From contig OZ076409.1 in the NCBI GenBank assembly GCA_964187785.1, forward strand, positions 40,240,001 to 40,304,000: a DNA stretch of 64,000 nucleotides, written 5' to 3'. Positions within the stretch are counted from its first letter, which is position 1. Each line of letters starts with the position of its first letter. Shown here one piece after another: positions 47,367 to 61,261 of this stretch. The notes under the pieces were generated by a model. It made no database searches and had not been told where the DNA came from. It was given only the letters and a program-made list of their open reading frames with translations. The position numbers and the translations under genes are program-made. Origin of the DNA: Amphiscolops sp. MND2022 (Eukaryota).

Positions 47367-50300
47367 ATATGCCACATCTTCGATTTGGGGAGACTGTCGA
47401 AACCCGACAGTACACAACATCCGAACCCCCAAATTCCTATGACCACGAAAGGAACACCGAGCGACATGAAGAACCATCTCTCGACTGGCAGCGAAGATGG
47501 CAGATTCACAAGCTCCACAAATATAATCGCCAAAACACTGCAAAGAAAGACTATCCTCAGTGGTACCTCGACAACCCGACTGCTTACAATACTCCTAAAC
47601 GACCCCTACCAGAAAGCACTTCCCCTGAAACCTACTTCCACGACTCTGACTTCAACTGCGACCCATACTACAACCCTCAACTGTATGACAAGACGACCCT
47701 AACGTTCAAACAGCAGGAATGCACGCCATTTGAAGAGTACATCAGAAAAACAGGGATGAATATTTCCACCGAACCACGTCACAGATCCAAAACCGTCCAA
47801 TCTATCCCAGACTACAACCAGGACGCCGAACACGTGACAGAAATCCTAGTTGATATCTCACAGAACAACGCCAAACCTATACTCAAGAACCAGGGATTCT
47901 ATACCAAGGCTCCCCATTCTCCACCAAAAGACCGACCAATAAACCCTATCAGAGCCGGTATCATACGATCCCCAACAATGGACGTGGCACCAGACAGCCA
48001 CCAACATAGAAACCTCACCGACAGGACCACGATCGAAGCCGTGGACCTGGCCCCACCTACACCCAATTCGGAGACAAACATCTCCAAACCAAAAACCAAA
48101 CGAATAAAGAGATCTCTTCTCCTGGAACCCTCCGTTCAATACGAGACACAGCTCGCACCCACTATCCTCAATAATCAGCTAGAAGATGAAATTGACACCA
48201 ATCGACACATCATAGCTGACGCAACCAACATGCAGTCTGAATTCCCATCAGGTGCTGCAAACGGCACACCGCAACAGGACGTTCCCAGGTCCTACCCCCC
48301 TGAGCAGAGTGCAGAATATCTGAGGAACAACAAAATTCCAGTCAGAGAAATCAACGTTCCCACCTCTCTCTCCAGTAGGCAGACCGGAAACGAAGTCGAG
48401 GACCCTCGACCCCTCAACCCTGCCGCAACTAATACACAATCTGGATCCCCCACCGGTGTTGTAAACGACACACCACCCCAGGACGAACCCCAGTCCTACC
48501 CCCTGGCCCAGATTGCGGAACACCTCACGAGAGACCCCATAACAAAAGAAGAGTGCATACCAATCTTTTCAGCAGTATCCCTCAAAAAGAAGAAGAAAAT
48601 GCTCTTCGCCCCCATGGACTTCCAGGACTTGACCCTGGACGCCCTTATTGACTCTGGCGCCCTTGTAAACTGCATCTCCGAAACCGATTACAATAAAATC
48701 CTCCAAATGTCCCCCAAAGACATAGTTAAAGAGTTGGAACCACCCCCTTTCAAACTCCAAGTCGCAAATGGCGACATTGAAACGCCGAAGACATCGAAAT
48801 CGGAGACTGGAATTTTAAGGAAACATTTATCGTGGCCAAACGACTGACAGGCCCAATACTTGGCCTCACGTTCCTTAAAAATAACAGCGCCATCCTGGAC
48901 GTGAGCCAGGGCCTGCTACACTTCCCCCACCTCACATATTCAATCGAAACCGATGAATATACCCGTAACAGGAAACTGTACAAAGTACAAATAAAGAATC
49001 CACTCACTATTCCCCCTGAAACGACACAAACAATAACAGGCTCCACAGATATACCATCCAACGTCGACACAACCGGTGTCATCAACCCAGCCACCAACCA
49101 CTGCAGTGGCGACCCCCTCGTGGTAGCCAGTTCAATCTCAACAGCCTTAAACCGAAAAATCGACATAAGAGTAACAAATACCACCCCTACACCCTATACC
49201 ATCAAACGAAACACAACAATAGCAGAATTCAAAATCCTGTCCCCCGAAGAGGCAAAAGAACTCAAACCACTCAACATAGCAGCACTCAAAGTACTCGCCG
49301 AAGACGACTCCGAAGATGCGATGGTGTACATCAACGAGCTCCTGAAAACCCCAGAAAAACCATTTCACAATCAAAACTTTTAGTTTCCCACACCAGACCA
49401 CCCCGGAGACCCTGCTACCCACACCCCGATCCAGAACCGAATTCTCCGAGAAATCAAAGAACTGGAAGAAATCCAGAAACTCGACCCAAACAACAGCGAA
49501 GAGGAACGAAAAACATTCCTCCAAAACTTCAAATGGGACGATTCACAACTCTCCGAAGATGACAAGAAAGACATCGAAGAAATACTCATAGAGTTCAACG
49601 ACATCTTTGCAAGACATTGACTGGACATTGGAATCAACCATGATTTCAAAATCAAACTCACACCGAAAACAGACGACCCCGTCTACTCACAGAGTTTGCC
49701 CTGCCCCATTAACCTGAAAGAAGATCTGACGGTCGAATTGGCCCTAATGCATTACTTCGGGATTATAACCACGCTCCCGTTCAGCAAGTATGCCAGCCCC
49801 ATTTTCGCCCAACGGAAGCCAAACGGCCGCCTGCGCCTACTAGTCGACCTCACAAAAATCAACAATCTGATATCTGATGATTACATTAACAACAATCATC
49901 CAGTGAGCACACTAACAGACGCGACGCAACACCTCGCCGGTAAGAAGTTGTTTTGCAAGCTTGATTGTTCACAAGCCTACCACGTGCTGCAAATGGCAGA
50001 CCAGAAGTCCGTTCAACTTCTAGCATTCAACTTCGCCAGCAGGACATTCGCGTACCTCAGGCTGGCCCAAGGACTGAGCCGCTCACTGTCATCCTTCTCA
50101 AGTTTCATGAGGGAATACCTCGACAAGGCCATAAAGGCGGACAAATGCGCTCAGTACGAGGATGACATTGGAATCGCCACCAACACTCCCGAGGAGTTAA
50201 AGAACAACTTGAGAGAGGTTTTCCAATGCATCCGCGCAGCAGGACTCCGGCTCTCCATGGCAAAATGTCAGTTCGGCGCCAAGGAAGTCGAATTCCTTGA

Positions 50301-53077
50301 GCGAACAATTTCCCCAGCAGGGGTGGCACCCCAGAGCCACAAGATCCAGAAACACCTTCAGACCATCAAATTCCCCTGGACGAAGAAGGGACTTCAAAGA
50401 TACATCGGCTTTGTAAACTACTACAGAAACTACATCCCCGATTATCAGAGAAGATTGCCCCATTTCATTAACTCATCAAATCAGACAAGCCAGTAAAGGT
50501 AGATCAGGAACTCATATCCAATTTCGAAGCTATCAACAAATCGTTAGACAACGCATGCGGCCTTTGGCTCAAACAGCCACTGCCAAACCGGCAGTACGTA
50601 CTAATGACAGACGCAAGCTTCAGGAATGCCGGATATGCCTTGTTGACTGAAGAAGACCCGGAGCAAAAGATCACCTCCACCAGGAAGACTTACGCTCCAG
50701 TGGCATTTGGCTCTAAAACTTTTTCACCATCCCAGTTGAAGATGTCGATCTATGCCAAAGATTTCTTAGCCATCTATTTCGCTTTTATGGAATATAGTCA
50801 CATCTTGTGGGGTTCATCCAAACCGACCATTGTCTTAACCGGCAATAAATCAGTCACCAGGTTTTTTCAAACCAAGATGATACCACCCTCCTTCTGGAAT
50901 GCCTGCGATTTTGTACTGCAATTTCACTTTAAATTCGCCCATGTGCCGGGAAGGATGAATACAGCAGCCGATTTCCTCTCCCGATTAGACATTAGCCCAA
51001 AGAAAAAGTCCTTCTCCAAATCAGAGAAGACATTCAAACAACGCCGATCCAGGTAAAAATACAATCCTCCGACATCCATGAAGAAGATCAGTTCTATTTT
51101 CTACCAGAGGACGACACTGAGACCGAAGAAGACATTTGGGAGCGTAAACAACAAGCCAGAAAACAGATCTACACACCCCATGAACAGAACTCCGACCCCA
51201 AGAGTGAAACTGCCCAAGCCATCTCCCAACCCGAGAACCTACCCTTGGTCTGCAACAACATCCAAGACCCAGAGCAAGAACAGCGGCGCCAACTTCACAG
51301 TGACACAAGGTTCCCGCGCAGTCTGAGACCGTACCAAGACCAGGACCCCGTCCTCAGAAACCTCAAACTGAAAATCCTAAAAGAACCGTACGACACCCAA
51401 CTTCTGAACGACAACCCCAGAGCGTCCAAATACCTCACACAAGATGACCGCATCATCATAAAAGATGGACTCCTGTATCGACAATATTTTGGCGATACAG
51501 GGAAAGTCAAGTACTTGCAAGTACTACTCCCCCAGCAACTGGTTGATGAATTCATACAACACCACCATGGCAAATTCGGGAAACATCCAGGTATAGCTAA
51601 AACCATCCAGCAATGCCGCGAAAAGTACTACTTCCCGGGGCTAGCCGCTCGAATAGCCACCCACATTGCACAATGCCCAGAATGCACTCAGACGAAAAGG
51701 ATACCGAATGCCAACATCACACCCCCGCTCATCGACATGTCCAAAATAGCAATGGGTCCAGAAGACGCACTACAAATGGACATCGTCCCCTTTGACGACC
51801 CTTCGTGAGGATACACCGCAGTTATCACAGCGATGGATGTATTCTCCCGTTATCTATTCGCGTATAGCGGCGCCAGAATCGACACCAAGACTGTCACACG
51901 GGACCATACAGATATCATCACAAGACACTGCTATCTCCCCACAACGATAATCACGGACAAAGGATCCCAGTTCATATCGGAGGCAATGCAACAAACAACA
52001 GCCATTTTCGGAATCCAACTGAAACATGCCACCACCAAACATGAACAGACGATAGGCATCCTAGAAAGGACACACGCCTCGCTCAAAGAAAGCCTAAAAA
52101 TCATGACGGGAGAGAGGCGAACGATGTGGCACCAATTCTTACCAATGGCAGTATTAAATTACAACACTTTCTACCACACATCATTAGGCTGCGAACCCAG
52201 ACGAGTTTTCCATGGAAGAGTGCCATACAACGTACTCGACCTAAAGTACGGTCTTAAACCCCAGGCCACTGCCCCAACCAACCACGAAATAGCTGAGGGA
52301 GTGTTACAACAAACACAAGAAATCCTCAACCAGAGCCAACAAGCCCTGATGCAAGCCTACGTCCGACATAAGCGTTATTATGACCGGAAAGCGTCAGCAC
52401 ACCCCTTGGTAGTAAACGACTACTGCTATGCTTTGCATCCAAAGGCGCATAGCCAAGCGACGAAATTGCCGTTTCGGGAATACCTTTGGACGGGACCATA
52501 TATCGTGGTCAAAACCCTACCCAACAACAACTATCTCATACGCAAACTCCAGACCAGTTTCACACAGATCCTGCACAGAATCAGGCTACGCCCCTTCGCA
52601 AGCAGCCACAAGCTGCCTGACACTACAGTCCCACCCAAGGATTTCCAGCAGGATACAGAGGTAACCATACAGCACGACGACCTCTTCGCAATGGCGTGGG
52701 AAGAACTTTACATAGAATGCCCTAACCAACCCGAAAACAAACAATTACCAGAACCTGAAGTGATCCAACCAACCCCAGAAACAATCAATGACCCCACCCA
52801 CCCCGGCCCCCCAAGCCCTAACCTAGTATACGACCCCGAATTCATTCCTAACCACCCAAGTGACCAGACACAGGACCCACTAATCGATATCGATGATGAA
52901 CCCGAAAATAATACACCCGCACCTCAATCCCCCCGGAAATCCCACTACAACCTTCGAAAAAACCCGACGTCAAATTGGAAACCAGATTATGCCTATTACA
53001 ATGCCCTAACAGCCAATTCAACAAACTTGGCATATTATTCCGACAACTGGACAACGGCCCAGAGTTACGGGTTTTAG
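47357..53077 (+). pseudogene. pol: E3 pol: long Pro/Thr-rich leader, PR, dUTPase-like spacer, RT, RNase H, integrase
   Basis: LIDSGA; QYEDDIGI (YVDD in the relatives); LMTDAS; HHGKFGKHPG..CPEC; LQMDI, ITDKGSQF and LERTH; WTGPY. Confidence 0.95.
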
Positions 53078-53450
53078 CGGACCTCGGCCCAGACGGCAGT
53101 CCGAGATCAGAAAATTACTCAGGCCCAGGCACTGGCCTGGACCACAATCCTGTGACCTGACTTCAAATCTCTTCAAATTACAATGGCTTTCACTCACTCT
53201 ACTGTACTCTACGACTTGGATGAAAACAATACAGAGGCTAAATACTAAATTGATAAAACCCAGTGGACCACCGAGCTGCCTCAAATTTTTTCTTCGCTCC
53301 ATAATACCAGAGCATTCTTATCCTAATTTTCTATCTATTTTATTTTCGCAGACGGAACCGACTAGCGGAACCCTGTAACATCAGAACAATGAAAAGAAAC
53401 AACAAAGAAAATAAATCAAAGCAGTTCATCAACGTAAAGTTTCAAAAAAC

Positions 53451-56400
53451 TCAACAAGACTTCTCTTGGCGAGATCCTTTCTTCGACACCGCTCTCTTCT
53501 TTTGCACCGACGAACTCGTAGAGGCCTGCACTGGTTCGGACGCCTCAACCACAGAAACAGTCTCAGCAGCAGACGTAGTACCAGACGGCACACCACCGGA
53601 TGATCGCCCACTAGCCAACCGAGCTCTCCATCCCTCAACCTGACCAGTGTAGTAGGCGGTGTAACAGCGAAACAAACTCTCAAAAACCTCTGTCCAAGCA
53701 TGACGACTGATTTCTACCAACGGATCGAAAGAGGTGCGCGCCAAGAACTGATGCCCCACAGGCAAATTCACCTTTAACTCCTCCAAACACTCCACGGTCA
53801 GTAAATCATTCGAGACAAACTTGGGATGGAGAACAAACGAATGCACTGCACTGATCCCTGAACAGATAACAGCTGTAGGAAGACCAACTCCACTACTTCA
53901 AATATTCACCGGAGGCATGGCATTTGGCCCAGAACACACCATCACTCGCAACAGACGAAACACTTGTTTGACGTAGCCCCGGCACTGATAAACATCACTA
54001 GCTTCCAAAAATCCGAATACATCACAAATTTGTTCAGGATCAGAAGACTGTTGACGCAGGTCTACAACCAGAGACTTGAACTCATTTACAGAGGCCTCCC
54101 GGTCAACTCCACTCAGAAAGCTAGCACCATGTAAACAGCTCACCAGATTTTGAAACAAATCTACCACATACTCAGCATCTCCACACAGCAGCATGTTTAC
54201 ACTCAAACAGCTGAGCGAACGGGCCACACGGGAATTACAATAAGCTGAAGATCCAAGCCGTTTCAACAACTCAAGCAAGGAGCCCTGACACTCACGCTGG
54301 AAGGTGCGGCGAGGAGCGTCATCAAAACCGCGCAACGCCGTCATGATGCTGGGCTCGGACTGCAAACACTCCCCAGCGGTAACATTCGCCCAATTGGTCA
54401 GAGGCTGATCAATGTACTCAAACCAATTATCCACGGAAGGCAACTGACTAACTTTCTTCACCTTGCCCAAAAGACTCCAGTAAAAAAAGCGAAAGTCAGT
54501 AAAATTGCGACACGCGTAATCCCGAACCTTCGGATCCTGCTGCCTCCTGAAGTTCGAATTGTAGCACAGCAACACAACGTGCAAAAAGGCAAAGCGCGGC
54601 AAGACCAGACGATCAGCACACAGAAGAGAATATAGATCCACAACATTCGCTGACTTCTTCATCAATAGCACATTGTTCAATAAGCACAGCTTCACGTCAG
54701 CCCAATTATCCAGAAGTTCCTGCAGAATCCCACACAAAGACGCAAAGGGCACGACTCCGGTTTCCAAACATAGACGCAATTGAGGCAGATTTAATAACCA
54801 CGCCTGATGACGCACCCGCTTGAGACGCTGAACCAATTACTCCAGAGCTGAGAACGGATCCACAGACCCCACACACACAATACTGGACTCATTGATTAGA
54901 CGCCGCAACATATCGGGATCGAAAGCCATAGCAACAACAGGCACAGGACGACCAACGGTCTGACACCAGTCGATATACCCATTAAATAGAACAGGTGGGC
55001 AGTTCAAAATTGAAGCAGGTCCACGAATGGTCGACACAAGGGACAGAACACGTGCGAGACACCGCATCTCAGCCTCACAGGATGTTTCACCATGAGGTTC
55101 TTCAAAGAGGTGTACCTCGCGGAGACAGTCATCGGGGCAGCATCGGACGATACACTTCACACCGGAGTATGAAGACTGCAGCGCCAAGCTAAACGGGCCG
55201 TCCCCAAGCCATGACTTCACACGACGAAGAACACGAGGATAGAGAGTCTGCACAAGGACCACTAATGTCTCCGTCTTACTCCAAGTAACTGAAGCGTATG
55301 CACTCTCGACTGGCAAAGTAGTCCGGAACTGGTTCCACAGCCGACGCAAGAATAACTGGGACCCTCCACTCTTCAACAGTTCCAACAAACATCCCACAAG
55401 AGTCGTTGGGGGCACATTGGATGGGACGCCAACCAGTGCGTCCACTTCGTCTTCCAGAAACGTATTCATCCGCCCCAATACTACAGGCGGAGTTTCCTTA
55501 ATCTCGGCACGTTGTTCAGCACTCAGGTCAGCAACTCGGATGGGATCAAACTTCTCCGTATAAATCACATCCTCGTGATCGTAACGGTACCGACGATCTT
55601 TGAGGTAGTGACCCTTGCACTTGAAATGCCGCCAGATGCCTCGTGCAACCCGAGACAGAAAGGAAACATCTTTCTTGCAAATTGAACAGTTGAACCCATT
55701 CGGACTCTTGTCATCCCGTCGACTGACAAACAACCGGGGAATCGCATGGTCACTCATGGCTTTTGTCAACACATGACGCTCCGTCTGCCGTTTTGCCCGT
55801 CCTTCATCCCGAGCCAACAGGCTTGCCTTCTTCGTCTCTAGAGGATCCAGCACTCGTCCAGGGCTATCAGCGTCAATGCCTTTCCCTTTCAGGAGCCGAG
55901 ACAACTCCTCAAATTCTAAACATAACAACAAGTAGTCAAACAAATGACAGCATACAACAACACTTCATACAAACATCCAAGAGATAGAGACAACAAAAAC
56001 AACCCAAAAGAAACCACCGAAGAAGTCAAGAAAGCCAAACAACAGAACAACAACAATACACTTACGCTTAGCCAGGCTTTTGGTTTCTTTAAGAGACTCA
56101 GTCCGCTCTGCTCGGGCAGCACTTCGGGCCTGTAACACACACTGCGCCGCGGACATCATCATTGGTGAACCAGGAGGAACTGCATCCAGACCAGCTGACA
56201 ACAAACAAGCAAGTTTCACAACACCATATTTGACGCTAAACCGCACCATGAGCAAAAGTACACAACACGAAGAGGGCATAAAGAGAGGAATGGAAATGAA
56301 AATTCAACGTACCATTTTCCCAGTCATTATACACAACTGAGGCCTCCACCCCAACAGCGACTCGTCCGTGCTGAGTCCTGCCACGCTTGGACGACACACC

Positions 56401-57294
56401 GGGTAGCTCCGAGACAGCATCACTGACAGGGGCAGGAGTATCACCCGCCACCTCACACACAAATACATCACTGTCCTCGGAAGACTCAATTCCCGGCCCA
56501 GGCACTGCTCCAGCAACTATAATACAACCAAAGTATGAACAACAGGAAATGCAGAACAAGTGTCCCTACAAGCAATACACGAACCCATTTCATTGTACTT
56601 GACACCCCTAGAAAGAGAAAGAGAAAGAATACCTACTTTCAAGAGTCTGAGAAGCAGAAATCATGGGGGGCACATGGTCATCTCCCGAACTGTCATGAAC
56701 AGAGGGCGGCCTGGTAATCGAACCAGAAATGACATCCGCCAACCGAACCTGTTTCGCAGACTGCACACTGGTAGTTGACAACATTCGACTGGCCCTTGTC
56801 TTCTTCTTCCCTTGGGACCTCGTACTACGGATCGGGGCATAATCCTCATCAGATCCATCATCGGTAGCTACAGAAAGTAGATGAATAGAACGCGTTCATA
56901 AACCTAGAAAAGGCTGGCCACCTATTAATTTCTAGAAAAGATTACCTTTCTTCCGTGCCAACTGATCAATGTCATGCCGATCATCACTTGTGGCAGAATG
57001 GAAAGACCCAGTTGCAATAACACTCTCATGCTCTCCACTACTGTCATCACTGGAATTTGCTCTGTCACCAAAGCCTGGCACATGTCCCTCTGCTTGCTCA
57101 ACAGACCCACCAGCTTCCTCCTGAACGCCGCCTCCACTCGCCTCTTCATTTTCATCATCACCGCCACATCCACTAGTTTTTTCCTCTCCACGGAAAACCG
57201 ACTCAACCACAGACTCAACTTCTGCTCCACTCTCAACCAACTCTGCTTCTCGACTGCGGTGCAACAATGCACTATCTTCTTCAGTAGAACACAT
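53451..57294 (-). pseudogene. E3 antisense five-exon accessory gene, ~1125 codons, two premature stops; hAT-transposase-like with C2H2/BED-like finger
   Basis: Exons 57294-56946, 56867-56637, 56516-56313, 56194-56066 and 55915-53451. Four phase-1 GT-AG introns keep one frame. FNCSICKKDVSFLSRVARGIWRHFKCKGH finger. Stops at 54837-54839 and 53898-53900. Confidence 0.8.
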
Positions 57295-57514
57295 AATCAA
57301 TTGTCTGAAAATAACAAACCATGATAAAATAAAAAGAAGATGTGGCGTAAAGCAAGGAAATTTCTACTATCAAAAGTTATCTACTATATAAGGAGAGTTG
57401 TTCAGTCTGCCAGCTGAACAATTCATGGAGTTGACACAAATCGTGTGAACAAATTTTCCAAGCGAAGCAAATCAGTTGTAGTAAAAATTGACTGACGCTT
57501 AGTTTACTACTACA

Positions 57515-58099
57515 ATGAATCATCCAAATTCAAACAGCAAAATGGACGAAGACGTCTTCATTCTCGAACGAGATCAACACCAGCAGCCCGAACAAAGAGC
57601 CGGTACACCGTCACCAGATTATAACCTAATTACCACGCGGCAAATTAACATTACTTACGAAATCATTAAAACACAGGACTACCACGTAGTCCTAGTACAT
57701 GAAGAAACGCCGGACGATACTACGAGCACAGAAAGCGAGACGGGAGTCATCAGACGTTTCACGCAAGACAACCCGGTGATCCCCGAAGACACATTTGTGA
57801 GCCCGGTCAGGCAATTCGACCGTGAAAGTTACGATGATCCCGACAACAACGTTGATAGCCCAATAAGTTTCTACAGTAGCTCAGAAGGCTACTATTCGGG
57901 CAGCGATTGGTAGACAGACTCATCTTGGCGATCCTACAATTCCTTAACTGACGATCTCCCAACGCTATTTGAGACCCCGATTCGATCAATTTCCCAATTT
58001 CTCTTTCCCGAGGGAACTGGGTACAGAAGCCGAGGACTGTCAGAGCCCCGCCTGAGCTGCGAGCACTGCAACAAAAACAACCCAGTCTTCGAAGAATAA
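57515..58099 (+). pseudogene. E3 ORF-X copy 1 (premature TAG at 57911-57913)
   Basis: Near-identical to the intact copy at 60677-61261. Confidence 0.8.
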
Positions 58100-60676
58100 A
58101 TTGGGAAAAGAACAAAGAAGAGGAAATAGACAGCTGACAAACAATCAGAAACAAAGGAGTTAAACAATATAAATTTGAAGTTAAATAAATAAATATATGC
58201 ATATTAGTATTATTAACACAATAATGTACACTTATATAAATACGTACTTACGGAATAACGGAACTATTCGTGCAGTTAATAATAATACAATACTATGTAA
58301 TAATAATAATCGAATTGCACCGCTCAGTGAACGAACTGAGATATTAAAGGCGGAACTGAGGCCTGGCAGCCGGCCTCCAATACTCGCACTAAAGCGGCGG
58401 CCTGGCAGGCATCCTGAGAATTGTAAACTCAGCAAACTAATATGCAAGTGCGCGCTATAGTGAATACATGTAAATGAACTAATGTCTAGTGCAGTGATTT
58501 ATTAACAATACGAGTGCAAATATACCAACAATTGAGATTTCTGTGCTAACTTAGTAGAACATCACGTACCGCGGCCTGGGATGCGGCCTGAGAATTACAT
58601 ACGATAAATCAATCACGAAAGTGAAAGATGATGATGCTACCGTGTAACTTTGTCTCGAAATGAATCTAGAGATTATTATCTATGATCTTAAACTATACCG
58701 TCGTTTAAAATATCGCATATAACGTTCTTTTACATGTAAATATTGATTAATCTATCAACAGACCTGAACCGCAGCCTGGACCAAAGATTTAGTACCGAAT
58801 ATCAAACCAAGTGTTAATAACATGTATATCCTGTTCCCTGAATCCGTTGTCGTTTAATTGCATTAAATACCTTTCTGAACAATGTATCTGATGCTGTTTA
58901 TAATTAATAATTGCTTTACTCATTGAACAAGTTTGTCCGTTCCAGACTATGGCCTGGGACCAGGCTTCGTGATCTTAACCAAAAATCAGAGCCGTAAATA
59001 CTGTAGAAGCAATTCTACTCTTTCATTTGAAACCTAATGTGTGATTTGTGTTAAATTTCATTCAAATTGTTGCTGATTTATTTAATTTAGGGAAATATTT
59101 GTAAAGGAAAATTGGTTGTCATCATTTTTTCCCAAATTTGTGCAGTTAATCAATCTTATTCAATGACTCATTGCGCGTGTCTTTGATAATTTTTTCAGTT
59201 CGGCGTCCTGAATAGGCGGGAAGTTGGAGGCGAAGGGAAGCGGATTTGCAACTCAGGCCGGAAGTGGACGCTCGGGCAGCACTTCGGGCCAGTAACACAC
59301 ACTGCGCCGCGGACATCATCATTGGTGAACCAGGAGGAACTGCATCCAGACCAGCTGACAACAAACAAGTAAGTTTCACAACACCATATTTGACGCTAAA
59401 CCGCACCATGAGCAAAAAAAGTACACAACACGAAGAGGGCATAAAGAGAGGAATGGAAATGAAAATTCAACGTACCATTTTCCCAGTCATTATACACAAC
59501 TGAGGCCTCCACCCCAACAGTGACTTGTCCGTGCTGAGTCCTGCCACGCTTGGACGACACACCGGGTTGCTCCGAGACAGCATCACTGACAGGGGCAGGA
59601 GTATCACCCGCCACCTCACACACAAATACATCACTGTCCTCGGAAGACTCAATTCCCGGCCCAGGCACTGCTCCAGCAACTATAATACAACCAAAGTATG
59701 AACAACAGGAAATGTAGAACAAGTGTCCCTAAAAGCAATACACGAACCCATTTCATTGACTTGACACCTCTAGAAAGAGAAAGAGAAAGAATACCTACTT
59801 TCAAGAGTCTGAGAAGCAGAAATCATGGGGGGCACATGGTCATCTCCCGAACTGTCATGAACAGAGGGCGGCCTGGTAATCGAACCAGAAATGACATCCG
59901 CCAACCGAACCCGTTTCGCAGACTGCACACTGGTAGTTGACAACATTCGACTGGCCCTTGTCTTCTTCTTCCCTTGGGACCTCGTACTACGGATCGGGGC
60001 ATAATCCTCATCAGATCCATCATCGGTAGCTACAGAAAGTAGATGAATAGAACGCGTTCAAAAACCTAGAAAAGGCTGGCCACCATTTAATTTCTAGAAA
60101 AGATTACCTTTCTTCCGTGCCAAGTAATCAATGTCATGCCGATCATCACTTGTGGCAGAATGGAAAGACCCAGTTGCAATAACACTCTCATGCTCTCCAC
60201 TACTGTCATCACTGGAATTTGCTCTGTCACCAAAGCCTGGCACATGTCCCTCTGCTTGCTCAACAGACACACCAGCTTCCTCCTGAACGCCTCCTCCACT
60301 CGCCTCTTCATTTTCAACATCACCCCCACATCCACTAGTTTTTTCCTCTCCACGGACAACCGACTCAACCACAGACTCAACTTCTGCTCCACTCTCAACC
60401 AACTCTGCTTCTCGACTGCGGTGCAACAATGCACTATCTTCTTCAGTAGAACACATAATCAATTGTCTGAAAATAACAAACCATGATAAAATAAAAAGAA
60501 GATGTGGCGTAAAGCAAGGAAATTTCTACTATCAAAAGTTATCCACTATATAAGGAGAGTTGTTCAGTCTGCCAGCTGAACAATTCATGGAGATGACACA
60601 AACCGTGTGAACAAATTTTCCAAGCGAAGCAAATCAGTTGTAGTAAAAAATGACTGACGCTTAGTTTACTACTACA

Positions 60677-61261
60677 ATGAATCATCCAAATTCAAACAGC
60701 AAATTGGACGAAGACGTCTTCATTCTCGAACGAGATCAACACCAGCAGCCCGAACAAAGAGCCGGTACACCGCCACCAGATTATAACCTAATTACCACGC
60801 GGCAAATTAACATTACTTACGAAATCATTAAAACACAGGACTACCACGTAGTCCTAGTACATGAAGAAACGCCGGACGATACTACGAGCACAGAAAGCGA
60901 GACGGGAGTCATCAGACGTTTCACGCAAGACAACCCGGTGATCCCCGAAGACACATTTGTGAGCCCGGTCAGGCAATTCGACCGTGAAATTTACGATGAT
61001 CCCGACAACAACGTTGATAGCCCAATAAGTTTCTACAGTAGCTCAGAAGGCTACTATTCGGGCAGCGATTGGGAGACAGACTCATCTTGGCGATCCGACA
61101 ATTCCTTAACTGACGATCTCCCAACGCTATTTGAGACCCCGATTCGATCAATTTCCCAATTTCTCCTTCCCGAGGGAACTGGGTACAGAAGCCGAGGACT
61201 GTCACAGCCCCGCCTGAGCTGCGAGCACTGCAACAAACACAACCCAGTCTTCGAAGAATAA
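60677..61261 (+). CDS. E3 ORF-X copy 2, 194 aa, acidic, ends 62 nt inside LTR3 with CEHCNKH
   Basis: Intact ORF at the same position as in E2/E4. The LTR start TG TCA CAG is read as L-S-Q in the same phase. SGSDWETDSSW resembles E2 SSWDSDWSTD. Confidence 0.72.
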   Translation: MNHPNSNSKLDEDVFILERDQHQQPEQRAGTPPPDYNLITTRQINITYEIIKTQDYHVVLVHEETPDDTTSTESETGVIRRFTQDNPVIPEDTFVSPVRQFDREIYDDPDNNVDSPISFYSSSEGYYSGSDWETDSSWRSDNSLTDDLPTLFETPIRSISQFLLPEGTGYRSRGLSQPRLSCEHCNKHNPVFEE

